A DNA stretch of 64,000 bases from Omnitrophica bacterium GWA2_41_15 (GCA_919902675.1 CAKKRH010000013.1:47239-111238), one strand, 5' to 3'; counted from the first letter of the stretch, positions 18,688 through 29,224 are shown. Notes: a model not told the origin generated them from the sequence alone. Program-made: numbers and translations.

Positions 18688-19971
18688 TTACTTATTTCTT
18701 ACCGAGGATAAGAGCGCGAGGCCGTTATTATCCCACAAGAATTTAAATGACTTTGGGTCTTTGAAGGAACGCTCAAAATCCGGGATATCGTAATCGCGGA
18801 TTATCTGCGTCAAAGTAAAATAGGTTTTGCCGCCCGCCGCTACAATATCCACACTGCCGTTCATAAAGCCAACATACCCTTCCTCCAGGTCATAATCCTC
18901 GCCTTGCGCATCTCTAATCCGCTTTCTTAGCTCTATCTTTATTGTTTTATAGGTATCAACAAACTTACCGTCTTTTTCCGCGTATATCGCGTCAATATCA
19001 AAGAAGTTTCCGGAACCGCTAAACGATGCCAATACGTATTCGGGTATAGCGTCGTTATTTATATCGGCTTTATAAATATAATAGCCGGTCCCGGGGCTTT
19101 CCCACAGGCCGAACCAGCCGCCTTGCGTATTATAATGATTCACCGTATTCTTTTTGATCTTCTCCTCATACCCCAAGACAATGCCTTGTTTATTTAATTT
19201 ACTTATAAGCCTTTTAACCCCTGTTTCACTTAGGGGCTTTATAACGGCGCCTCCGGGCGTAACAAGCCGGTATCTGATTTCGGAATCCACCTTCTTGATG
19301 TGGGAGGCCTTTTCATCCGCCTCTAAATGAGTGGTGTCTTTGTCGTTCTTTTTATTGGTATACCAGATAAACTTCGGGAATCCTTTGAATTTGTTATCCG
19401 CGTTAACCAGCTTCCCATCCTTAATCTCATAAACACTGTAAGAAAAATAATTGTGCTCCTTGCCTCCATGCATATCCATAATAATGACTTCGGCCTTGGA
19501 GTCTTGGTCTAAATCAATAAAATCCTCAATCCCTGCCCCAAGCCCTTCGTAATTAATACTCTGGTAAGAGCCGTCTGGCTTCTGGAGATAAAGATCGGCA
19601 ACAACAAGCTGTGAAGCCAGGCCATTGCCCCGATTGCTGTAGAAGACTATAAAATCATTAAGCCCGTTATTATCCAGATCCACCCGATAGGACGCGTAAG
19701 GAAAAGGCGCTTCCCTCTCCAAAAGCTTTGTTACTGTTGTTCCATCTGCCGTGAGAATAAATTCAAAGCTGTCCGGAGACTCTTTCAGCCTTGCCGTAAC
19801 CTGGCCGTCCTTTGAGCGGTACTCCGAATTATCATAATCAACGAGTAATTCCGCCTTAACATGTTTTGGGAAGCTTTCGGAAAACTTAAATGGCGGATAG
19901 TCCTCTAAATAAGCATGGGCACTGCCACAGATATAAACAGTTATAATCAGTATTCCGATAAGAACTCTCAT
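18688..19971 (-). CDS. Secreted protein with FG-GAP/VCBS-like Asp-rich repeats, unknown function
   Basis: The start is set at MRVLIGILIITVYICGSAHA (SD GGAGGG). The repeat motifs are DLDNNGLNDFIVF, IDLDQDSKAEVIIMD and DINNDAIPEYVL. Confidence 0.6.
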   Translation of the reverse strand: MRVLIGILIITVYICGSAHAYLEDYPPFKFSESFPKHVKAELLVDYDNSEYRSKDGQVTARLKESPDSFEFILTADGTTVTKLLEREAPFPYASYRVDLDNNGLNDFIVFYSNRGNGLASQLVVADLYLQKPDGSYQSINYEGLGAGIEDFIDLDQDSKAEVIIMDMHGGKEHNYFSYSVYEIKDGKLVNADNKFKGFPKFIWYTNKKNDKDTTHLEADEKASHIKKVDSEIRYRLVTPGGAVIKPLSETGVKRLISKLNKQGIVLGYEEKIKKNTVNHYNTQGGWFGLWESPGTGYYIYKADINNDAIPEYVLASFSGSGNFFDIDAIYAEKDGKFVDTYKTIKIELRKRIRDAQGEDYDLEEGYVGFMNGSVDIVAAGGKTYFTLTQIIRDYDIPDFERSFKDPKSFKFLWDNNGLALLSSVRNK

Positions 19972-20593
19972 CCCACCTACCCTCCTTTTGATTAAATTAC
20001 CCATAAAATAAAAAACCTCCGCAGTCTTATGACCACGAAGGTTTTTCTTATTTTTAAGTGGAGGATTTGCCCCTTCAAACTGCACCACTGTAGAACCTAA
20101 TTTTAAGATTAGAATAACACTCTAAAAGATAAAGTCAAGATATTTATATGCTCACGTTAGCTCACTCTCCCGGTTTATCAAGCTCCTAAATAACACATTC
20201 ATGCCTTTAAAGTGGTCACTATTGATTATAGAAGGTTTAAGCGGCGGGTCTCTCTGATGCGCCATTAAGATTGTCCGCCGCCTTGACTGTGCTTTGCCTT
20301 TTTATCTCTACGAATCCCTTAAACAAAGTCAACGCTTCCGGGTTAAGGCTTACGCCTCGCCATCCGCCAAACCTTCTTCACCACAACCCAACGAGATTCT
20401 TCATCAAGAGTTTCCGAGTCCCAATAAGCGTATTTATCGGGGTATTCGGGTCCTAATGCGAGAAGGCAGGGAGCGCTGCAGATAATGAGCGATAAATTTG
20501 CTCATTTTTACTGCCCTCCTTTCAGGTTGTGTAAACTGGCATTTAGCCAGCGAATACAGAACACTCTTTAAAAATATATTCAGGAACAGTCGG

Positions 20594-20803
20594 TTATTTA
20601 CTTCGTCGGTTATACGGAGACTGATTCGTAGGTCCAAGAGAAATACTATTGTCGCTAGCCTTAGCGTATACTGCGTCTTTAGTACGTCCCAGCTTCAATC
20701 CTATCACTCCGGTCGGAGTATTAGCTTTAGCAAGTGATCTAAGCATAGAGACTTCCTGCGGCTTCCACTCTTTCCCACTATTCCTATTGTATTTGGCCAT
20801 CAC
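20594..20803 (-). CDS. Hypothetical 69-aa protein, possibly a SANT/Myb-like HTH
   Basis: A strong SD (GGGGGAGG) precedes the start. WKPQEVSMLRSLAKANTPTGVIGLKLGRTKDAVYAKA resembles a single Myb-like repeat. The functional call is weak. Confidence 0.35.
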   Translation of the reverse strand: MMAKYNRNSGKEWKPQEVSMLRSLAKANTPTGVIGLKLGRTKDAVYAKASDNSISLGPTNQSPYNRRSK

Positions 20804-21121
20804 AAACCTCCCCCTATTATTTTAAGCTCTCAAAATATTTTCGCTTTTATATGTTTTCAATTTTGATTCTGAATAAATCATTAATTTTATCATAGCAACT
20901 ATATATTGTATCTTAGATAAGAGGATAACACATTATATAGTATTTGTCAAGGCAAAAAATTTGTGGTGGTGGATTTCTATTCTTAAAGCAATTTCACTCC
21001 TGATTCGGTTACGCTAAATTGTAGAACATTATGCCGCCACCTTCTTATATCGACACTTTTGAAAATTAATAAAGGTGGCGGCGGAATATTTTCAGCTCCA
21101 CCGCAATATTTCTACAATCTT

Positions 21122-21490
21122 TTAGTTTCTTAAAGACTTATCCCTAAAATTCTTAGCAAATTCCACAATGCTGTCAATATCATTACTTGGAAAATCATAT
21201 TTATAAGATAATGCTCTGAATAAATTTAAAGCGTCTTCTATAAAACCTTGTCTTATATTTATTGAGACCTTATGTCCGAGAAGCAACTTAAGCAATAACA
21301 TTAAATCCTTATAGTAATTATCTTCTTTACTTCCGCTAATAAATTTACAAACTCCACTATTCTTTTTAAAATGGTGTTTAAGTCTACCAATCTCATCTTG
21401 TACGGCATTAATTAATTGCAAAAACTCTAAGTCTTTAACGGCTTCGCAAAATCTATTAAAATTAAACGATTCCGATATAATGTCCATCAT
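21122..21490 (-). CDS. Hypothetical 122-aa helical protein downstream of hsdR
   Basis: ORF only. It is AT-rich like the R-M operon and has no recognisable motif. Confidence 0.45.
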   Translation of the reverse strand: MMDIISESFNFNRFCEAVKDLEFLQLINAVQDEIGRLKHHFKKNSGVCKFISGSKEDNYYKDLMLLLKLLLGHKVSINIRQGFIEDALNLFRALSYKYDFPSNDIDSIVEFAKNFRDKSLRN

Positions 21491-21577
21491 TAATATCCTG
21501 TAATTAGATTTGCACTTATTTTATTATATGTAAAAATAGTAAAGTAACCGCAGAAAATCCGCGACAATGTCACACAA

Positions 21578-24500
21578 TCATTTATTTTTCTTCTCATCAC
21601 TTGCATGTTCTATAATAACCCGATAGATGTCCCGCGCTAATAAGGGGAATACCGCTTTCTGAAATTCTGAATCGTCCATATATCGGGTAACGATATCATC
21701 GTTCTGAGACATTCGTTGCATCATAAGCGATTCAATGATTTTCCTGATTCCAAGCTCAAACTTATCCAAAGTGTTGGCCTTTGCAGTTTGAATGACCCGC
21801 TCATCTTTACAGGCTTTTTCTTTAATTTGTTCAAAAAACAATCTATCTTCTTCGGTAAAATTCGTTCCAAACTTTTCATTAAGCACTTGAATAATCTCAG
21901 AGAGCAGTTTATCTTCATCTTTAACTTTGCTCGTGCCAACAGCCGTCGGACTCTTAACCCCGCCCGAGTCTCCGTCAGACAAAATAATAGCGCCTGACAT
22001 AACCTTCTCAAGCCGATAATACTGCAAGGTAACCTCTTTTTCTGGATGAGGCCGCCCTATATCGTCTGTATCATCAAGGTGCGGTATCAAAGCCCTGCCA
22101 AAACTATAAAGCATCTCCAGTTCTGCATCCGCGTAAGGGACAATTTGGCTGATAAAAGAATAAAACCTGACATAAGCGGTTATTTTTTCATAAAACTCCA
22201 CTTTCTTAACCTCATCCAAATAGCGATAGCGGTCTACCGCCGGCTGAATATGCTTCTCCATCCGGGCGTGATCAGAAGGGTTTTGCTTATGAATAGGTAG
22301 ATAAAAAATCTGCGAGAATGCCTCAACCTCTGACCAATGATAAACCTGCATCGCGTCTAATTCATGCTTGATCTTCTCTATATGGCTTGGATCAGAAACC
22401 TCTTGAATTTCTGTAGCGTCATAATAAGGTTTAAATGCCATATAAATGTCTTCCGCGTTATTTACAAAATCCAAAATAAACGGCGCTTCCTTTCCCGGAT
22501 AGGTTCTATTCAAGCGAGAAAGCGTCTGTACCGCCTGAACGCCATCAAGGCGTTTATCCACATACATCGCGCAGAGAAGCGGCTGATCAAACCCTGTCTG
22601 GTATTTATTCGCCACCAAAAGCACCTGATAATCCCCAGTATCAAACTTATCCGGCAATTGTGATTCAGATATATTCTTGCCTGTAACAACATCTATATTC
22701 ATACCAGGTTCGGTATATTCAAGGCTTGTGTCCGGGTCCTTAACGGTTCCGCTGAACGCCACAAGCGGACGCACATCAGTATATTTATTTTCAGCGATAT
22801 ACTTCTGGAAAGAGAGCATATACCGCACCGCCTGAAGCCTGGAACTTGATACAACCATAGCTTTGGCCCGACCGCCAAGTTTAGGCCGGACATGTTCACG
22901 GAAATGTTCAATAATAACCTCTGTCTTTTGTTCAATATTGTAAGGATGGATAGTCATATATTTGGCTAATGCCTTCGTAGCTTTCTTTTTCGGCATATTG
23001 GGGTCATCTTCAGCCTTTTTCGCTAAACGGTAACATGTTTTATAAGTCGTGTATCTCTGAAGGACATCCAAAATAAACTCTTCCTCTATGGCTTGGCGCA
23101 TCGAATAAGTGTGGAATGCCTCGGGTTTCCCCGAACTCCCCACACGACCAAAAAGCTCAAGCGTCTTACCCTTGGGAGTAGCTGTAAAAGCAAAGAAACT
23201 TAAATTCTTCTGCTTGCCGCGTGATTCCATTATCTGATTGAGCCTATCTTCCCAATCAGCTTCCGCTTCTTCCTTTTCCTGATTTGTGCCAGCTCCAAGA
23301 ATAGCCTTGAGCTCCCGGGCAGCTTCTCCAGTCTGGCTGGAATGCGCCTCATCAACAATAACCGCGTATTTCCGGGCGGCTATCCTGTCTTCCCATTCCC
23401 GCGCTCTCTGCGCAGAAGCCGCATCCGGGGTATCAAGATTTTCAGCTCCAGCTATGTGCAAAAGCCCTTTTAATACGAATGGAAATTTCTGAAGTGTGGT
23501 AATAACTATCTTAGTCCCATCTACCAATGCCTCGGCCAATTGCCTTGAATCTTGTTCAATGGCCTTAACTACACCTTGGGCATGCTCAATCTGATAAATA
23601 GCGTCTTGAAGCTGTCTATCAAGGACTTTGCGATCTGTAATTACAATCACACAATCAAAAATCTTTTCATCATGATCCGTATGCAAGCTGGAAAGCCGAT
23701 GCGAAAGCCATGAGATACTATTCGTCTTGCCGCTTCCTGCAGAATGTTGAATAAGATAATTGTTCCCGACTCCTTCTGATCCTGCCGTGCTCACCAGTTT
23801 TCGCACAGAATCCAACTGGTGATATCGCGGAAAAATCATTGTTTCCTTGATTACTTTTTTTCGGCCGCCTTGACCATCGTCAATTGTTTCTTCGGTAGTT
23901 TCTAAAAAGATAAAACTCCCGATAATATCAATAAAGCTGTCGCGCGCTAAAATATCTTCCCAGAAATATCCGGTGCGATGGCCGAAATGGTGTTGAGGAT
24001 TGCTGGCGCCGCATTTCATTTCACCAGGGTGGCTTCCGCGGTTAAAAGGCAAAAAGAATGTATTCTCCCTATCAAGGCACGTTGCCATATGCACTTCATT
24101 CGGGTCTACAGCAAAATGCACCAGCGCACCTTTCTTGAATTGGAAAAGTGGAGCGCGGGGATCGCGGGTCTTTTTGTACTGATGAACCGCATCCCGCCAG
24201 GTCTGGCCGGTCATCGGATTCTTAAGCTCGCAGGTTGCTACCGGAATGCCATTTAACACAAGCACAAGGTCAATAGTGCTATTATCCTGCGGATGACAGG
24301 GCACTTGACGGACGACATACAATTTGTTCTTTTCATAAAGGGTAAGTGTTTCCTGATTGAGTCCATGAGCGGGCTTGAAATAAGCAATATGAAACGCCTT
24401 TCCATAGAATTTAAAGCCATGGCGAATAATGTGAAGGGTTCCCTTTGCCTCGCGTTCTTTGACAAGGGCTTCCTGAAGTTTTGGTTTAAGATCAACGCCA

Positions 24501-24679
24501 TGCAGTTTTTCCATCTGTTCCCACAGCACCCCTTGGGTTTCCTTGAGAAAAGAAAAGATATAATCAGGGAACAACCCGCTCTTAACGTCCCACAATACGC
24601 TTAAACCGGTCACCCAGCCACAGCTGGCCATGGTCTCTTGAATATAAATCTCAAAAGCTTTTTCTGTTGATGCTTTCAT
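21578..24679 (-). CDS. hsdR: Type I restriction enzyme R subunit
   Basis: Helicase motif I is HSAGSGKTNSISW and motif II is VIVDEAHSSQ. Length and architecture are typical. The start is set at MKASTEKAF (SD GAGGTG). Confidence 0.9.
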   Translation of the reverse strand: MKASTEKAFEIYIQETMASCGWVTGLSVLWDVKSGLFPDYIFSFLKETQGVLWEQMEKLHGVDLKPKLQEALVKEREAKGTLHIIRHGFKFYGKAFHIAYFKPAHGLNQETLTLYEKNKLYVVRQVPCHPQDNSTIDLVLVLNGIPVATCELKNPMTGQTWRDAVHQYKKTRDPRAPLFQFKKGALVHFAVDPNEVHMATCLDRENTFFLPFNRGSHPGEMKCGASNPQHHFGHRTGYFWEDILARDSFIDIIGSFIFLETTEETIDDGQGGRKKVIKETMIFPRYHQLDSVRKLVSTAGSEGVGNNYLIQHSAGSGKTNSISWLSHRLSSLHTDHDEKIFDCVIVITDRKVLDRQLQDAIYQIEHAQGVVKAIEQDSRQLAEALVDGTKIVITTLQKFPFVLKGLLHIAGAENLDTPDAASAQRAREWEDRIAARKYAVIVDEAHSSQTGEAARELKAILGAGTNQEKEEAEADWEDRLNQIMESRGKQKNLSFFAFTATPKGKTLELFGRVGSSGKPEAFHTYSMRQAIEEEFILDVLQRYTTYKTCYRLAKKAEDDPNMPKKKATKALAKYMTIHPYNIEQKTEVIIEHFREHVRPKLGGRAKAMVVSSSRLQAVRYMLSFQKYIAENKYTDVRPLVAFSGTVKDPDTSLEYTEPGMNIDVVTGKNISESQLPDKFDTGDYQVLLVANKYQTGFDQPLLCAMYVDKRLDGVQAVQTLSRLNRTYPGKEAPFILDFVNNAEDIYMAFKPYYDATEIQEVSDPSHIEKIKHELDAMQVYHWSEVEAFSQIFYLPIHKQNPSDHARMEKHIQPAVDRYRYLDEVKKVEFYEKITAYVRFYSFISQIVPYADAELEMLYSFGRALIPHLDDTDDIGRPHPEKEVTLQYYRLEKVMSGAIILSDGDSGGVKSPTAVGTSKVKDEDKLLSEIIQVLNEKFGTNFTEEDRLFFEQIKEKACKDERVIQTAKANTLDKFELGIRKIIESLMMQRMSQNDDIVTRYMDDSEFQKAVFPLLARDIYRVIIEHASDEKKNK

Positions 24680-24721
24680 AAACACCTCACACAAAATAGA
24701 AGTCAATTAGACGCAACTACA

Positions 24722-25378
24722 TTATCGATCCGTAAAGATACGTTGAACAGAGTCATCTTGTTTATTTGGGTTATATGCGTTAGGAATTTCATTTATCGTT
24801 TTACTGCCTTCCCACAACGCATTATCTAAAGTAATGATGTGCAAACCATCTTTGGGAATATCATAAAAATCCATCAGGTATTTCGCAGTAGCCAAAAGAA
24901 TCAAATCAGCAATCTGGGCATTCTTCTGTTTCTTGAAAAACATCTCAAAAAACCGGTCAACGGCGATAATTATATCTCGACATGTTGAAACATCATGGAC
25001 ATCTATCTTACGCTTAGCTGATTTCAATCTCCTGACACTGGTTGTAATATAACTACTCATTTTGTTACGCGCATTATTAAAATCCACGGGGCTTTTGAAT
25101 AACTTATCCTCATAAAACTTTTTGGCTAATACTTTAAACGATTCAGCGATGCATATGTCTGGAATATATATTTTTCCCTTCCCTTTTTTAATTTGCCTAT
25201 CAATTTCATCCCACCATTTCATGCTATTTTCAACACGCGTTTTTTCACGCGCGAATTTGTCCCCCAAAAGGTTATTATATAGCCTCGCAGGGATAAACTT
25301 GTTTACTAAAAAATTAGCATCTACCAAATAGTAATTTTTACCATCTGGATGCCGCATAATTTTTCTAACTCGTGCCAT
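24722..25378 (-). CDS. PIN-like domain protein embedded between hsdS and hsdR
   Basis: The acidic residues fall in a PIN-typical pattern: YYLVDANFLV (Asp), ICIAESFKVL (Glu), IADLILLATAKYL (Asp) and HIITLDNALW (Asp). The gene lies 4 nt after hsdS and 15 nt before hsdR. Confidence 0.55.
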   Translation of the reverse strand: MARVRKIMRHPDGKNYYLVDANFLVNKFIPARLYNNLLGDKFAREKTRVENSMKWWDEIDRQIKKGKGKIYIPDICIAESFKVLAKKFYEDKLFKSPVDFNNARNKMSSYITTSVRRLKSAKRKIDVHDVSTCRDIIIAVDRFFEMFFKKQKNAQIADLILLATAKYLMDFYDIPKDGLHIITLDNALWEGSKTINEIPNAYNPNKQDDSVQRIFTDR

Positions 25379-25382
25379 AATT

Positions 25383-26726
25383 TTACCTCACATAAATTTT
25401 CCCGGTCACCGCCGCGCTGATGAGGGCGGTGCGGTATTCTTTGAGTCTTTGAATGGCCTTGTGCACTTTTTCTGCCAAAGCGTCAATCTTGCCGGTTTCA
25501 CGATCGAGATATTCAACAATTGTCTTCTGTTCAGCAATAGCGGGAATCCCAAATATCAATATCGGTATGTCATCCATGCTGATGTTTTTTTGCGTGTTCG
25601 ATGTGCAATAAATATCAATCTGTGCCTGTAAAAACATGCTTTTGAATGAATATTCGAGATAAGCACTATCGACTTCTCTATCATCAGGTCTTATCAAGGC
25701 CAATGGCGACCAGATGCTAAATTCAAAATCAACTTTTACTCGTGCTATCTTGCCAGTTGATGCCGCCTTTCCAAGTAGAATATCTCCAACTCGAGGAAAT
25801 GCCTTTTGCTTAAATTCCTTATGGTCTTCCAATGATATATATCTACATTTCTCAAAAACTAATTCACCATCCTGAATACCATCAACTGACAAAAAAGGGA
25901 TCCCATCATCAATAAATTCTGGCGTCGTATGTGGCCCATCAGTAATTGGCTCAGCTATTAAATACTTTAGCCTTTTTACATCCCAATGCTCTGGCACATC
26001 GCCAAGCCATTCCACGCCGGATGGTTTGAAACGGACATTGGGATTAAGTCCCTTGGTGACCGCGCGAGAGATTAGCGCTGTGCGCTTTTCTTTCAACCGC
26101 TCAATCAGAAGTTCTTTTTTTGATATCAGCTCATCAATCTTTCCAGTCTCACGGTCCAAGTAGTCAGCAATGGATTGTTGTTCGGAGAGAGGTGGAAGTA
26201 AAACAGTCACATTTTTTAATGAATCTTGGTAGATTACCTCAATGGTAGTACCATTACTTTTTATTCTGAGCTGTTCGAGAATAAAGGTGCTTTCTTCAAT
26301 GAGAATTTCTAAAAAACGATCATACACCTTTGCTTTATCCGTTTGCAACCTCATTAAGCAGGGATGAAGAACTCCTTGCTCGGCATTTTCTGGTAAAATT
26401 GCACAGCGTCCGATTGTTCCTCTTGTGGTTATAAGAAAATCGCCTGGAAATGTCTGAAATTCTTTGAGTTCCTTGAATTTTTCCAATGAAATGTAGTTTT
26501 CACCATATTCAAAATCGTTGGAAATTACACTTTTTTGATTATAAACCTTAACATCCTCGTCGTACATTTCGGAAGATAAAAGCTGGCTGCCAAAGGGTCC
26601 TGTTTTGATTGCATTTTTCTTTGCTTTGAGCAAATCCTTTAACCTTTTCACCTCCCAAAATTCCGGCACATCGCCAAGCCATTCCACGCCGGATGATTTA
26701 TATCTTGGGTATGCTTTTAATTTCAT
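25383..26726 (-). CDS. hsdS: Type I R-M specificity subunit with two target-recognition domains
   Basis: The conserved frames are duplicated: SGVEWLGDVPEFWEVKRLK / SGVEWLGDVPEHWDVKRLK, and YLDRETGKIDELI...RTALISRAVTKG / YLDRETGKIDALA...RTALISAAVTGK. Confidence 0.9.
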   Translation of the reverse strand: MKLKAYPRYKSSGVEWLGDVPEFWEVKRLKDLLKAKKNAIKTGPFGSQLLSSEMYDEDVKVYNQKSVISNDFEYGENYISLEKFKELKEFQTFPGDFLITTRGTIGRCAILPENAEQGVLHPCLMRLQTDKAKVYDRFLEILIEESTFILEQLRIKSNGTTIEVIYQDSLKNVTVLLPPLSEQQSIADYLDRETGKIDELISKKELLIERLKEKRTALISRAVTKGLNPNVRFKPSGVEWLGDVPEHWDVKRLKYLIAEPITDGPHTTPEFIDDGIPFLSVDGIQDGELVFEKCRYISLEDHKEFKQKAFPRVGDILLGKAASTGKIARVKVDFEFSIWSPLALIRPDDREVDSAYLEYSFKSMFLQAQIDIYCTSNTQKNISMDDIPILIFGIPAIAEQKTIVEYLDRETGKIDALAEKVHKAIQRLKEYRTALISAAVTGKIYVR

Positions 26727-28822
26727 CTTTTCTCACCATTACTTCCCGTAACTTGCCCAAGTAGCGACACGATCTCACCCTCAAGCCCCTTGATATCATT
26801 TTCAATCGCTTCCAAGTCGCGCGGTGGTTCATAACAGTAAAAATGGCGGTTTAAGGGTATTTCATAACCGACCTTGGTTTTAGTCTCATCAATCCACGCA
26901 TCCGGGACATGCGGCAGGACTTCGCGCTTGAAATAATGCTCAATCTTCTCTTTAAGCGGCACATTTTCTGTGTCTCTCAATTCGGGATCGGCTTCAGGGT
27001 TGCCGTTCTTATCGGTACAGATATCCGCTGTCTCGTCGCGCTCACTCAAGACCTCTAAAACTGCTTTGAATTCTGACGCGGAAAGCCTCATATCCAAGTT
27101 ATCGCCAACTTGCCTTATTTTTTCCAGAAACTGCTCTCGATTCTTAAAGAAAATACATCCTGTTTCTTCTTTCAAGCGGACAAGCAAGTTTCTTATTTCT
27201 TTCTGCCGCTCCTTACCGGTCTCAATCTCTTTTTGTCTCACGGCTTCATTCTTTTTATCGCTTGAGGCAAGGCTTTTAAACACCTTCTGTTCCTCCAAAA
27301 GTGCGATGCGCTCATCTGACGCCTGAAAGTTAACTCTTAACGGACGCTCGACCGTGATTTTGTTATAGCCAAAATCAGCATTATCAAAAATCTTGTTTAC
27401 AATCAGCGTTTTTTGCACGCCATCAACCATAATCGTGCGGGTTTCATCATGTTTGAAGTTGCCATAAATTTTGCTTATTTCGCTGATCTGATTGGCGCGT
27501 CCTTCTTCGCCATCGCCTATTTGGTTACGCTTGTTGCCGAGGCTTTTTCGCATCTTCAGATAAAACTCGCGGGCATCAATAAGCTGGATTTTGCCTTTGC
27601 GGCGTTTTTCTTTTCGATTGGTAAGAATCCAAATATACGTTGATATACCGGTGTTATAGAAAAGCTGATCCGGTAGGGCCACGATCGCCTCAAGCCAGTC
27701 ATTTTCAATAATCCATCTGCGGATGTTCGATTCGCCGCTTTCAGCGTCACCTGTGAAAAGAGGGGAACCATTAAATACGATGCCAATGCGGCTTCCGCCT
27801 TCTTTTGGCACACGCATTTTTGAAATCATGTGCTGAAGAAATAAAAGCGAACCGTCATTAATACGCGGCAGACCTGCACCAAAGCGGCCGTCATAGCCGA
27901 GCTTTTCATGTTCACTGATAATCGTTTTAGCCTGCTGTTTCCATTCTACGCCAAATGGCGGATTAGCCAACATATAATCAAACCTCTCTTTCGGGAATCC
28001 GTCTTTTTCAAAGGTACATCCAGGCTTAATATTATCCGCATCTTCTCCTTTAATCAGCATATCTGACCGACACACCGCCCAGGCTTCATCATTCCAGTCC
28101 TGGCCGAATAGATGCGGTTGCGCGTCGCGGTTAAGCTCGCGAATATATTGCTCTGAAACTGAAAGCATCCCACCTGTTCCGCAAGCAGGGTCATAAATGG
28201 TCTTCACGACATGGCTTCTTCTTAAATCCTCCTCCGGGGAGAGAAGCAAATTAACCATAAGCTTAATTACTTCGCGCGGAGTGAAATGTTCTCCGGCCTC
28301 TTCGTTGGATTGTTCCGCGCCGATCCTGATAAGCTCTTCAAAAATATAGCCCATCTGAACATTATCCACCCGCAATGACGACAAATCAAGCGAGGAGAAC
28401 TTTTTCACAACTTCAAAGAGAAGATTTTTCTCTGACATCTTACGCACTTCATCGCCAAATTCAAAACGCTCTACAATATGACGGACATTAGGCGAGAAAC
28501 CGTTTATGTATCCGTTAAGATTAGGGGCAATCTGATTAGGGTCGTCCAAAAGACGGTTAAAATCCAGCTTTGAGAGGTTATAAAATGGGACTCCGGTTAT
28601 TTCCCTAAGCCTTGATTGAACGACATTTTCTGATTTACCCTTCAAGGTTTTAAACGCTTCAAGCACTTTGACTTTGGTAGGCGCAAGGATACAGTCAAAA
28701 CGGCGCAGGACAGTAAGCGGAAGGATAACTTTACGATACTCATTTCTTTTATAAGGCCCGCGGAGCAGATTACAAATGCTCCAGATAAAATTAGCCATTT
28801 CACTATGAGTTTTGACCGTCAT
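26723..28822 (-). CDS. hsdM: Type I R-M N6-adenine DNA methyltransferase subunit
   Basis: Motif I is YDPACGTGGML and motif IV is LANPPFG. It carries an N-terminal HsdM_N-like region and overlaps hsdS by 4 nt. Confidence 0.9.
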   Translation of the reverse strand: MTVKTHSEMANFIWSICNLLRGPYKRNEYRKVILPLTVLRRFDCILAPTKVKVLEAFKTLKGKSENVVQSRLREITGVPFYNLSKLDFNRLLDDPNQIAPNLNGYINGFSPNVRHIVERFEFGDEVRKMSEKNLLFEVVKKFSSLDLSSLRVDNVQMGYIFEELIRIGAEQSNEEAGEHFTPREVIKLMVNLLLSPEEDLRRSHVVKTIYDPACGTGGMLSVSEQYIRELNRDAQPHLFGQDWNDEAWAVCRSDMLIKGEDADNIKPGCTFEKDGFPKERFDYMLANPPFGVEWKQQAKTIISEHEKLGYDGRFGAGLPRINDGSLLFLQHMISKMRVPKEGGSRIGIVFNGSPLFTGDAESGESNIRRWIIENDWLEAIVALPDQLFYNTGISTYIWILTNRKEKRRKGKIQLIDAREFYLKMRKSLGNKRNQIGDGEEGRANQISEISKIYGNFKHDETRTIMVDGVQKTLIVNKIFDNADFGYNKITVERPLRVNFQASDERIALLEEQKVFKSLASSDKKNEAVRQKEIETGKERQKEIRNLLVRLKEETGCIFFKNREQFLEKIRQVGDNLDMRLSASEFKAVLEVLSERDETADICTDKNGNPEADPELRDTENVPLKEKIEHYFKREVLPHVPDAWIDETKTKVGYEIPLNRHFYCYEPPRDLEAIENDIKGLEGEIVSLLGQVTGSNGEKR

Positions 28823-29224
28823 CAGATCGCTCCTGTCTTTAATTACGGCTTCCTGTGGTTCCTAAAAACAAAAAACCTCCGCCTTGTAAGCGAAGGTTTG
28901 AGTTGTTTTTAAGTGCCAGATTTAGCCCTTCTAACATAGCACTTTGAGCAATTCCCATATTGGGTATATATACCACAAAAAGCAGGTTTGGGCAAGCGTT
29001 TCCATTAAATTTTCCCAAACACCAAACATCATAAACACTATAAATAATTGACAATCAAACATTGAAATGGTAATTTATACCTATTCCTGGAGCTTAACTT
29101 TTTAACTCTTCCTCCTCTACGGGTTAGACGTTAGCTCACCCGGCCCCGGTCTAATTATTCTCTTTGTATAAAATTGGGCCTCGCGGTGAGCGAAATCTTG
29201 CCCAAGGAGGAGGAAGAGGAAAAA

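Noticed and set aside
28839-29054. 71-aa ORF upstream of hsdM.
   Set aside because: It has no SD or motif and spans a terminator-like hairpin region (about 28870..28905). It is probably non-coding intergenic sequence.
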